A DNA stretch of 64,000 nucleotides from Victivallales bacterium (lineage in GTDB: Bacteria > Verrucomicrobiota > Lentisphaeria > Victivallales > UBA1829), in the NCBI GenBank assembly GCA_045114455.1, contig JBGUKN010000050.1, positions 2,736 to 66,735 of the forward strand. Reading direction: 5' to 3'. The first letter of the stretch is position 1. Each line of letters starts with the position of its first letter. The notes below the pieces were generated by a model. That model was given only the letters and a program-made list of their open reading frames with translations. It was not told the DNA's origin and did not search any database. Positions 30,049 through 38,947 of this stretch are shown in pieces. The translations under genes were made by a program, and so were the position numbers.

Positions 30049-31059
30049 TTATTCCTTTCCGCCTTTCCCGTTCATCTCATAGGCGCGAATGATCTTTTCC
30101 ACCAGCGGATGCCGCACCACGTCCCGCGTGTCGAACCGGCAGATCTGCACGCCGTCGATGCCGGAAAGGCAGTCCAGCGCGTGCGGAAGCCCGGACTGGC
30201 CGTGCGGGATGTCCGCCTGCGATGGGTCGCCGCAGACCACGCATTTCGAATGGAATCCGAGGCGGGTCAGGAACATGAACATCTGTTCGTTGGAGGCGTT
30301 CTGCGCCTCGTCCAGGATCACGAACGCATGGTTCAGCGTGCGTCCGCGCATGAAGGCAAGCGGCGCAACCTCGATCACGCCGCGCGACATCAGTTCCTCG
30401 GCGGCGGCATAGTCCATCATCTCGTGAAGGGCGTCGTGCAGTGGCCGCAGATACGGATTGATCTTCTCCTGAAGCGTGCCGGGCAGGAATCCGAGATTTT
30501 CCCCGGCCTCGACCGCCGGACGCGTCAGGATGATGCGGTTGTATTTCCCCGCGACGAGCAGGGACACGGCCATCGCCATGGCCAGATAGGTCTTGCCCGT
30601 TCCGGCGGGGCCTACACCGAACACGAGGTCCTTGCTCCTGATCGCGCGCAGATACGCCAGCTGGTTCGGGGAGCGTGCGGAAACGTCCTTCTTGCCCGGT
30701 CCGACCGTGACGCGTTCGGCGAAATACGTGCCGAGGTCCTGTTCGCGGCCCTCGCGCCAGGCATCCAGCGCCAGGTCGAATTCGGACTGGTCCAGACACC
30801 GTCCGCGTTCCTTCTGAAGACGGCGGAGTTCCCGCAGGAATCCTTCGCCGCGTTTGTCGGCGGTGTCCTCCACGGACATCGCCCAGGATTCGCGCGAAGC
30901 GAACTTCACGCCGAGGCTGTACTCCGCCGCAGCGAGATTCCCGGTCAGGTTCCCGGCAAACGCCGATTCCAGCGCGCCAGGATTGTCGAAATAGACGCGC
31001 CCCCCTCCGGTTTTACTGTAGGGGGATGCGCTGTCGGGATCCTGTTCCGTAGATTGCAT
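30049..31059 (-). CDS. ybeZ: PhoH-like ATPase (YbeZ)
   Basis: Start moved to ATG 31059 (the track ORF extends into the upstream gene's 3' flank). Walker A GPAGTGKTYLAMA, ILTRPAVEAGENLGFLPG, LDEAQN. Confidence 0.85.
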   Translation of the reverse strand: MQSTEQDPDSASPYSKTGGGRVYFDNPGALESAFAGNLTGNLAAAEYSLGVKFASRESWAMSVEDTADKRGEGFLRELRRLQKERGRCLDQSEFDLALDAWREGREQDLGTYFAERVTVGPGKKDVSARSPNQLAYLRAIRSKDLVFGVGPAGTGKTYLAMAMAVSLLVAGKYNRIILTRPAVEAGENLGFLPGTLQEKINPYLRPLHDALHEMMDYAAAEELMSRGVIEVAPLAFMRGRTLNHAFVILDEAQNASNEQMFMFLTRLGFHSKCVVCGDPSQADIPHGQSGLPHALDCLSGIDGVQICRFDTRDVVRHPLVEKIIRAYEMNGKGGKE

Positions 31060-31073
31060 GGAGCGTAAAAAAC

Positions 31074-32015
31074 TTACTTCGAGGAGACGGGAACTTTTTT
31101 CACCGCCGGAATGACGAGCTTCATCCCGGGCTTCAGAAAATTCGGCTTCCCGTTCAGGATTTCTTTGTTCGCGTCGAAGATGATCTCCCACGCGGCGCCG
31201 TCGCGGTATTGCGACTTGGCGATCACGGAGAGGGAATCGCCGTCCTTCACGACGTATTCGGTGGAGGGCTGGGAATCATCCGCGACAAGTTTTTCGCGGA
31301 CCGGCTTGGACTCCTTCGCGGCATCCTTCGCGGCATCCTTCGCGGCATCCTTCGCGGGCTCGTCCTTGATGCCCTTCGCTGCGCGGACTTCGGCCCTGCG
31401 CTGCGCCATGATGTCGTCGTTGGTCATCACGTTGAGCTTGGTGATGCCGGCGGCCTTGCAGTAGTCCACGGCGGCGTTCAGGTCGGCCACGGTGGAATCG
31501 GTACGGCCGTACACGATCACGGCGATGTCCTTGTTCGCCTTGCACGCGTCGTTGAGCGCGCTCTTCAGGTCGGCGGTGTTCACGCGTTCGCCGTTGACCG
31601 CATACACGCCGTCAACTCCGGCTTCGGCCGGGAACACGTCAACGCGCATGAACTTCGCGGGACCCGCGGGCTTGACTTCGACCGGCTGCGGCTGTTCCTG
31701 CGCCTTCTGCTTCGGCTTGGCGGCATCCGGCGTTTCATCCACTTTCTTCACGGGCGCGGTCTCCGCAGTCTCGTCGACGACTACGACCGCGACGGCTGCC
31801 TCCTTGCCGTCGACCGGACGGGGTTCCCCGAACGCTTCCGCGTAGGCCGGATTTCCGTCGGGCATTTCCTCGGGCGGCTGCCAGTCGGGATAGGAGGACT
31901 GGATTCCGGGGGTCCAGGCTTCGGCTTTCTCGTCCTCCGGCGGCGGCACGTTGGAGGCGCAGGAGACGAGAGCGAACATAGCGGCGAACGAAACGGCAAA
32001 CGAAAGCGATTTCAT
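31074..32015 (-). CDS. Lipoprotein with an ExbD/TolR-like middle domain and a C-terminal LysM domain
   Basis: Lipobox FALVSC. Pro/Glu-rich linker. ExbD-like segment (VNGERVNTADLKSAL...IAVIVYGRTDSTVADLNAAVDYCKAAGITKLNVMT). LysM (YVVKDGDSLSVIAKSQY...LKPGMKLVIP). Confidence 0.6.
   Translation of the reverse strand: MKSLSFAVSFAAMFALVSCASNVPPPEDEKAEAWTPGIQSSYPDWQPPEEMPDGNPAYAEAFGEPRPVDGKEAAVAVVVVDETAETAPVKKVDETPDAAKPKQKAQEQPQPVEVKPAGPAKFMRVDVFPAEAGVDGVYAVNGERVNTADLKSALNDACKANKDIAVIVYGRTDSTVADLNAAVDYCKAAGITKLNVMTNDDIMAQRRAEVRAAKGIKDEPAKDAAKDAAKDAAKESKPVREKLVADDSQPSTEYVVKDGDSLSVIAKSQYRDGAAWEIIFDANKEILNGKPNFLKPGMKLVIPAVKKVPVSSK
31309..31356. repeat. 12-nt tandem repeat (GCATCCTTCGCG x3 plus one degenerate unit) encoding (AKDA)n
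   Basis: Read directly. In-frame low-complexity AKDAAKDAAKDAAKE in the lipoprotein. Confidence 0.8.
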
Positions 32016-32082
32016 GAGGGACCTCCGAAAAAGTTGTATTATTATTGTTGAAATATCCAGTCAGAAACGTTGTCAAGTCCGG

Positions 32083-33345
<1,263 letters not shown>

Positions 33346-33374
33346 TCTATATTTGTCTCCGGTCGCAAAGGATG

Positions 33375-33413
33375 GAAAAAGAAAAAAAGGGGTCACTCAA
33401 GACGAATGACCCC
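33375..33413 (-). terminator. Rho-independent terminator/attenuator downstream of acpP
   Basis: Minus strand: GGGGTCA-N11-TGACCCC followed by TTTTTTTCTTTTT. Classic acpP-fabF intergenic position. Confidence 0.6.
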
Positions 33414-33432
33414 GGGAAGCAAAAGAAGGAAA

Positions 33433-33678
33433 TTATTCCTTGGCGGCAGCCTTGCTCTCAATGTACTTGATTGCATCGCCGACGGTCTTCAGGTTCTCGG
33501 CCTCTTCGTCCGGGATTTCGGAACCGAATTCCTCTTCGAGGGCCATGATCATTTCCACGATGTCAAGCGAATCGGCGTTCAGGTCTTCGACGAAACGGGC
33601 GTCTTCGGTGACCTGGTCTTCGGCGACTGCGAGCTGCTTCACGACGAGCTCTTTGACTTTAGTTGCGATTTCGGACAT
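33433..33678 (-). CDS. acpP: Acyl carrier protein
   Basis: 81 aa with the phosphopantetheine site [11 protein letters not shown]. Confidence 0.95.
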   Translation of the reverse strand: MSEIATKVKELVVKQLAVAEDQVTEDARFVEDLNADSLDIVEMIMALEEEFGSEIPDEEAENLKTVGDAIKYIESKAAAKE

Positions 33679-33838
33679 GTTAAATCCTTTCGTAATGGTA
33701 TGAAGGGTTGGTTTTCGTTTTCATAACGTATGTATAGATATAATATACACCGTTTTCGCGTTTTTGCAAATCCTTTGCACGCTTTTTTGCGTTTTTATAG
33801 CCTTAATGATGTGTTTTTTTCATTCCGTATGAAAAACG

Positions 33839-34582
33839 TTACATCAGGAAGCCGCCACAGACGTTGATGACCTGGCCGGTCACATAGTCGGAATCCGGGC
33901 CGCAGAGGAACGCCACGACGTTGGCCACATCCTGGGGCTTGCCGCCGCGCTTCAGCGGGATCAGTTCCAGGAAGAACTTCTTGGCTTCGTCCGGGAGGTT
34001 TTCGGTCATGTCGGTCATGATGTAACCGGGCGCGACCGCGTTCACCATGATGTTGCGGCTGCCGAGTTCCTTCGCCACGGACTTCGTGATGCCGATGACG
34101 CCCGCCTTGGAAGCGGAATAATTGACCTGTCCGGCGTTTCCGGCACGTCCGACCACGCTGGAGATATTCACGATCTTGCCGTAGCGGGCCTTCATCATGG
34201 GACGGATGGCCGCCTTGGTGAAATTGTAGGTGCCTTTCAGGTTGACGGCGATTACGGCGTCCCAGTCGGCCTCGCTCATGCGCATGAGCAGGTTGTCCTT
34301 GGTGATGCCGGCGCAGTTCACGAGGATGTCCAGACGACCGTATTTCTCCATGACGGCCTTCACGGACGCCTCGGCGTCTTCGGCCTTCGCCACGTTCGCG
34401 GCGATGGCGATGGCTTCGATGCCCTGCTCTCGGAATTCCGCCACGGTCTTGTCCGCGGTTTCCTGCATGATATCCACGACGGCGAGCTTCGCGCCCTCTT
34501 TTGCCAGACGTTCGCAGATCGCACGGCCGATGCCGCGGGCTCCGCCGGTCACCAGCGCCACTCTGTTTTCGAGTTGACTCAT
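33839..34582 (-). CDS. fabG: 3-oxoacyl-ACP reductase
   Basis: SDR motifs TGGARGIG, NCAG, YSASKAG. 247 aa in fab operon context. Confidence 0.93.
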   Translation of the reverse strand: MSQLENRVALVTGGARGIGRAICERLAKEGAKLAVVDIMQETADKTVAEFREQGIEAIAIAANVAKAEDAEASVKAVMEKYGRLDILVNCAGITKDNLLMRMSEADWDAVIAVNLKGTYNFTKAAIRPMMKARYGKIVNISSVVGRAGNAGQVNYSASKAGVIGITKSVAKELGSRNIMVNAVAPGYIMTDMTENLPDEAKKFFLELIPLKRGGKPQDVANVVAFLCGPDSDYVTGQVINVCGGFLM

Positions 34583-34659
34583 TGTGTTTCTCCTGATTCG
34601 GTTTCAGTATGTTCGGGTTGTGTTTGTTTTCAGAAAATGTAATTCTTTGCGGAAAGACG

Positions 34660-35571
34660 TCAGGCGTTCGCCAGGCCGTCCGCTCCGGAAACGTTGTGCA
34701 GCGCCGCGCCAGGCAGGATCTTCCGCACAAGCCCAGTCAGGACCGTGCCCGGTCCGAACTCCACGAAACGCTCTGCGCCGAACCGTTCGGCCATCACGCG
34801 CACGCAGGTGTCCCAGCGGACGCTGCCCGCGACCTGGGAGACCAGGTTCGCACGGATCTTCGCCGGATCGGATTCGGGTTCGCCCGTGAAATTCTGAAGC
34901 ACGGGGAATTTCGGGGCATTCATGGGCGTGGCATCCAGCACGGGAGCCAGCGCGGCACCCGCCGAAGCCATCATGCGGCTGTGGAACGCTCCCGCCACGT
35001 TCAGAGGCAGAGCGCGCTTGACGCCGCGTTCCTTCAGGATGCCGCACGCCTTCAGCACCAGTTCCTTCACGCCGCTGATGACGATCTGTCCGGGCGAATT
35101 GTAGTTCGCCACGTCGATGCCGCATTCCGTGCAGACTTCCGCGATCACCGCCGGGTCGCCGCCGATGATGGCGGCCATGCCGCCCTCGGCTTCATGACAG
35201 GCTGCGTCCATCAGGGCGGCGCGCTTCGCCACGAGCTTCAGGCCGTCTTCGAACGTGAACGTCCCGGCGGATGCGAACGCCGCATATTCGCCGAGGCTCA
35301 GACCGCCCGCGGCAACGGCTTCCTCGCCGGGATTCCGTTCCAGCCAGGCGGCCAGACATGCCATGCTGGTGGTATAGATCGCGGGCTGGCAGTTCGCCGT
35401 CGCGGTCAAGTCGGATTCCGGGCCTTCAAAGCAAAGCTTGGACAGGCTGCGGCCGAGCACGGCGTCGGCGCGGTCGAAAACGGCTTTCGCCGCGGGAGAG
35501 GTCTCGTACAGGTCCTTCCCCATGCCGACGGCCTGGGCGCCCTGCCCCGAAAATAAAAACGCGGTTTTCAA
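34660..35571 (-). CDS. fabD: Malonyl-CoA:ACP transacylase
   Basis: FLFSGQGAQ, GLSLGEYAA, AGAFHS. The start codon at 35571 is TTG (AAGGA upstream). Confidence 0.92.
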   Translation of the reverse strand: MKTAFLFSGQGAQAVGMGKDLYETSPAAKAVFDRADAVLGRSLSKLCFEGPESDLTATANCQPAIYTTSMACLAAWLERNPGEEAVAAGGLSLGEYAAFASAGTFTFEDGLKLVAKRAALMDAACHEAEGGMAAIIGGDPAVIAEVCTECGIDVANYNSPGQIVISGVKELVLKACGILKERGVKRALPLNVAGAFHSRMMASAGAALAPVLDATPMNAPKFPVLQNFTGEPESDPAKIRANLVSQVAGSVRWDTCVRVMAERFGAERFVEFGPGTVLTGLVRKILPGAALHNVSGADGLANA

Positions 35572-35714
35572 TATCGTTGTCCTTTCATGGATGATGCCCG
35601 CAATCGGAATTATCTAATCTTTCCCGAAAAAAAGCAGGCATAATAAAATATCACATTTTCCAGAAAATGCAAGTCTTTCGCGCAACCTGCGAGAGGCGGA
35701 AACGTCCCGGCGCC

Positions 35715-36311
35715 TTACTTCAGCGCAGCGAGGAGCATGTCTTCCGTGACCGGACCCGGACGCAGGATGCTCCATGCGCCGCCAGGTTCGATCCTGATCA
35801 CGGTCGACGCAGCGGAATCCGGCGGAATCGCACCGCCGTCCAGCACGCCGTCGGGCGGGATCGCAAGCGATTTCAGAGCCTCGTCCGCGGTGTGCGCCGG
35901 AGGCCGGCCGGAAAGGTTCGCACTGGTCGACGCCAGCGGACGCCCGTAAGCCGCAAGCAGGTTCAGCAGTGCAGGATGATCGGGTATGCGGAATCCGGTG
36001 AACGCGTCGCCGTCCGGCACGATCAGTGTCACGGGACCGGGACAGAATGCCGCCGCGAACCGTTTCGCCGTCTCCGGCATGCCGGGAAACGCCGTCTCCG
36101 CAGCCTGACGGGAGGCGAAAAAAAGCGTGAGGAGTTTGGACGCGGGACGCCGTTTCATCTCGTAGATCTTCGCCCGGGCGGCTTCGTGCGCCGCATCGCA
36201 GACCAGGCCGTAGACGGTCTCGGTCGGAACAAGCAGGACGCCGTCTTCTCGCCGCAGGACATCGCAGAAGACCGAGGCGGCGGATGCGTCGGTGCAGGAA
36301 ATCCGCTCCAT
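35715..36311 (-). CDS. tsaC: L-threonylcarbamoyladenylate synthase (YrdC/TsaC type, single domain)
   Basis: PTETVYGLVCDA, ASTSANLSGRP. 198 aa with no Sua5 C-terminal domain. Confidence 0.85.
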   Translation of the reverse strand: MERISCTDASAASVFCDVLRREDGVLLVPTETVYGLVCDAAHEAARAKIYEMKRRPASKLLTLFFASRQAAETAFPGMPETAKRFAAAFCPGPVTLIVPDGDAFTGFRIPDHPALLNLLAAYGRPLASTSANLSGRPPAHTADEALKSLAIPPDGVLDGGAIPPDSAASTVIRIEPGGAWSILRPGPVTEDMLLAALK

Positions 36312-36315
36312 GCGT

Positions 36316-36591
36316 TTACTCGGAGTAGATATAGATCACTTCGCCCTCGCGGCCCAGATGATACTGTTCACGGGCGACTTTCTCGACGGCGGAGGCATTG
36401 TGCTGGAGGTCGTGGACTTCCTGCTGGAGCGTGAGGTATTCCGCCTTCTTGCGGTCCAGATCGGCCCGGAGGCTGAACACATCCTGCTTGGTGCGCTTGT
36501 ACTTCCGGTACGCAGGAAACACCAGGATGCCGGATACGATCAGCACCAGCACCAGCAGGACATAAATAACGGCTGTCAGGACTTTTCCCAT
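36316..36591 (-). CDS. ftsB: Septum formation initiator (FtsB/DivIC family)
   Basis: 91 aa: N-terminal TM, a coiled coil, and the C-terminal motif EKVAREQYHLGREGEVIY typical of the family. Confidence 0.7.
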   Translation of the reverse strand: MGKVLTAVIYVLLVLVLIVSGILVFPAYRKYKRTKQDVFSLRADLDRKKAEYLTLQQEVHDLQHNASAVEKVAREQYHLGREGEVIYIYSE

Positions 36592-36642
36592 TCATTCACC
36601 TCGATATCACACTAATATAGCACGTCCCGCGCGAAATACAAT

Positions 36643-36680
36643 AAAAAAACAAAAAAAAATCCGCCCCCGGAAAGGGGCGG
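36643..36680 (-). terminator. Rho-independent terminator ending the hydrogenase operon
   Basis: Minus strand: CCGCCCC-TTTCCG-GGGGCGG followed by ATTTTTTTTTGTTTTTTT. Confidence 0.75.
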
Positions 36681-36703
36681 ACACCACAAGTGGTGACGTT
36701 TCT

Positions 36704-36859
36704 GTGCTCTGCTGCGCGAGAGCACGTGTCCGAGCAAAGCCTGACCTGACTCTGTTTCAGCTCACTCCGTGTGCCCGGACGGAGCCGGGCACACTATTTC
36801 AGTGGAGGACTTGTCCTCCCCCGGACGGAGCCGGGCACTGTATCAGCACTCTCCGTGTG
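36704..36859. repeat. Composite palindromic/hairpin repeat element (copy B) immediately 3' of hydA
   Basis: Components: GTGCTCT-N8-AGAGCAC hairpin (36704-36725); GTGTGCCCGG-ACGGAG-CCGGGCACAC hairpin (36769-36794); palindrome GGAGGACTTGTCCTCC (36804-36819); 19-nt direct repeat CCCGGACGGAGCCGGGCAC (36774-36792 and 36820-36838); CTCCGTGTG at both ends. Confidence 0.7.
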
Positions 36860-38926
36860 TCAGCCGAGCTTGGCGACACTCTCGTCGATCTTCTTCTTGA
36901 TCGTCTCGAACGCGGCCTGGTTCTGAAGCTGTTCCAGCGTGTTCAGGGCGTTTCTGAACTTGGTGCGCTCGACGACTTCGTCACCGATGGTCACGCAGAT
37001 CGTGCCGTCCTGTTCGGGGCGGGACGAGAACGCGGCGTCCATGTCGACCTTGTCTGTATAGTTCTTGCTGCGGACGTACTCGGAGATCATGCCGATCAGG
37101 AGCTGGCCGGGGCAGTTGTCCTGCTTGGCGCAGATCGTGACGGTGATCATGAAGCGTTCCGGAGCGGTGCCGCGCATGATCGGGATCTTGGCGTCGAAGA
37201 GCTGGCTGCGGTTCTGGTAGACCGTGTGCAGCAGGTGGTGCGCCTCGTGGGAACCGGGCTTGCCGCCGATGTGGTCCTTGTAGCACTGGTCGACCAGGAA
37301 GTTGTCCTGGCTCTTCTGGACCTGCTGGGACTTGTCAGCAGCATAAAGGCCCTGCTGGCGCTGAATGCGGATCGCGTCCGTGACGCCGACGGGCTGGCCG
37401 CCGCCGGAGATGCAGCCGCCGGGGCACGCCATGACTTCGACGAAATCGTAGTGGGCTTTGCCGGACCGGACGTCGTTGATGAGGCGCTTGGCGTTGGCGA
37501 GGCCGTGGACAACCGCCACATGGATTTCCCTGCCTGCCGCGGTCACGGTGGCTTCCTTGAGGGTGTTCATGCCGCGGACGGCCTTGAAGTCGACGGAGGC
37601 AAGCGGCTTGCCGTCAAGCTTTTCGACCGCATAGCGGAGCGCGGCTTCCATGACGCCGCCGGACGCGCCGAAGATGACGCCGCCGCCGGTGGCGAATCCC
37701 ATGGGCATGTCGAACGCTTCGGGCTGGAGCTCATTGAGCTTGATGCCCATCGAATTGATCATGCGCTGGACTTCGCTGGTGGTCACGACGATGTCGACTT
37801 CCTGCTTGCCGTCGACGTTGAACTTCGGCAGCTGGGCCTCGAACTTCTTCGCCGTGCAGGGCATGATGGAGACGACCACGAGGTCCTCGCGCTTGCAGCC
37901 GAGCTGTTCGGGCAGGACTTTCTTGGCGATGGAGCCGAACATGGCCTGCGGGGAACGGCAGCTGGAAATATGCGGGATCATTTCGGGGAAGTAGATCTCT
38001 GCGAACTTGACCCAGGCGGGGCAGCAGCTGGTGAACATCGGGAGCGTGCCGCCATTGGCGATGCGGTCGATGAGCTCGGTTGCCTCCTCGAAGATGGTCA
38101 TGTCGGCGGAGAAGCTGGTGTCATAGACATGCTTGAAGCCCATGAGTTTCAGGGCGGCGACGAGCTTGCCCGCCACGTTCTCGCCCGGCTTCGCGCCGAA
38201 GTACTCGCCCAGCGCCACGCGGACGGCCGGGGCGATCTGCACCACGACGGTCTTGGTGGGGTCGTACAGGGCGTCCCACACGCGGTTGCGGTCCTGCTTC
38301 GGCACGATCGCGCCGGTGGGGCAGACCGCGGCGCACTGGCCGCAGTTCACGCACTCGACCGCGCCGAGGGAGGCGCCGAAGGCCGGAGCCACGCGGGCGT
38401 TCGAGCCGCGGTTGGAGAAGTCGATCGCGCCGATCCCCTGGATTTCGGAGCAGACGCGCACGCAGTCGCCGCAGAGCACGCACTTGTTCGGGTCGCGGAC
38501 GAGCGACGGGGAGGAGAAGTCGATCGGGTCGTCCTTCTTCACGGATTTGAAGCGGATGTCCTGAACGCCGAGCTGGAAGGCGATGCGCTGCAGGGTGCAG
38601 TTCTCGTTGCGGGCGCAGGTCGGGCATTCGCGGCTGTGGTTGGCGAGCAGGAGTTCCACGCTGATCTTGCGCATGTCGCGGATTTCCTTGGTGTCCGTGT
38701 GGACGACCATGCCGGGCGCAGGGGCGGTGGAGCAGGACGCCATGATGCCCTTGCCTTCGACGAGGACAAGGCAGAGGCGGCACGCGCCGTAGATGCTCAG
38801 TTCGGAGTGGTAGCAGAAGGTCGGGATTTCGATTCCGGCCTTGCGGATGACTTCAAGAAGGTTGCGTTCGTTCGTGAACGTGACTTCCCGTCCGTTGACG
38901 GTCAATGTTTTAACGGTATCGGCCAT
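36860..38926 (-). CDS. hydA: [FeFe]-hydrogenase catalytic subunit (HydA of a HydABC-type, presumably NADH/ferredoxin-dependent enzyme)
   Basis: N-terminal 2Fe-2S ferredoxin fold, His-ligated and 2x[4Fe-4S] motifs (CVLCGDCVRVC, CVNCGQCAAVCP). H-cluster motifs FTSCCPAW, MPCTAKKFE, EVMACPGGCISGGGQ. Extra ~110-aa C-terminal extension. Confidence 0.93.
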   Translation of the reverse strand: MADTVKTLTVNGREVTFTNERNLLEVIRKAGIEIPTFCYHSELSIYGACRLCLVLVEGKGIMASCSTAPAPGMVVHTDTKEIRDMRKISVELLLANHSRECPTCARNENCTLQRIAFQLGVQDIRFKSVKKDDPIDFSSPSLVRDPNKCVLCGDCVRVCSEIQGIGAIDFSNRGSNARVAPAFGASLGAVECVNCGQCAAVCPTGAIVPKQDRNRVWDALYDPTKTVVVQIAPAVRVALGEYFGAKPGENVAGKLVAALKLMGFKHVYDTSFSADMTIFEEATELIDRIANGGTLPMFTSCCPAWVKFAEIYFPEMIPHISSCRSPQAMFGSIAKKVLPEQLGCKREDLVVVSIMPCTAKKFEAQLPKFNVDGKQEVDIVVTTSEVQRMINSMGIKLNELQPEAFDMPMGFATGGGVIFGASGGVMEAALRYAVEKLDGKPLASVDFKAVRGMNTLKEATVTAAGREIHVAVVHGLANAKRLINDVRSGKAHYDFVEVMACPGGCISGGGQPVGVTDAIRIQRQQGLYAADKSQQVQKSQDNFLVDQCYKDHIGGKPGSHEAHHLLHTVYQNRSQLFDAKIPIMRGTAPERFMITVTICAKQDNCPGQLLIGMISEYVRSKNYTDKVDMDAAFSSRPEQDGTICVTIGDEVVERTKFRNALNTLEQLQNQAAFETIKKKIDESVAKLG

Positions 38927-38947
38927 GATGAATGATCCTTATGGTTT

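Noticed and set aside
31309-31356. Short tandem repeats, checked as a possible CRISPR or minisatellite.
   Set aside because: The 12-nt units are contiguous, with no spacers. They are in frame and encode (AKDA)n inside a lipoprotein gene. No CRISPR-like repeat-spacer array was seen anywhere in the window.
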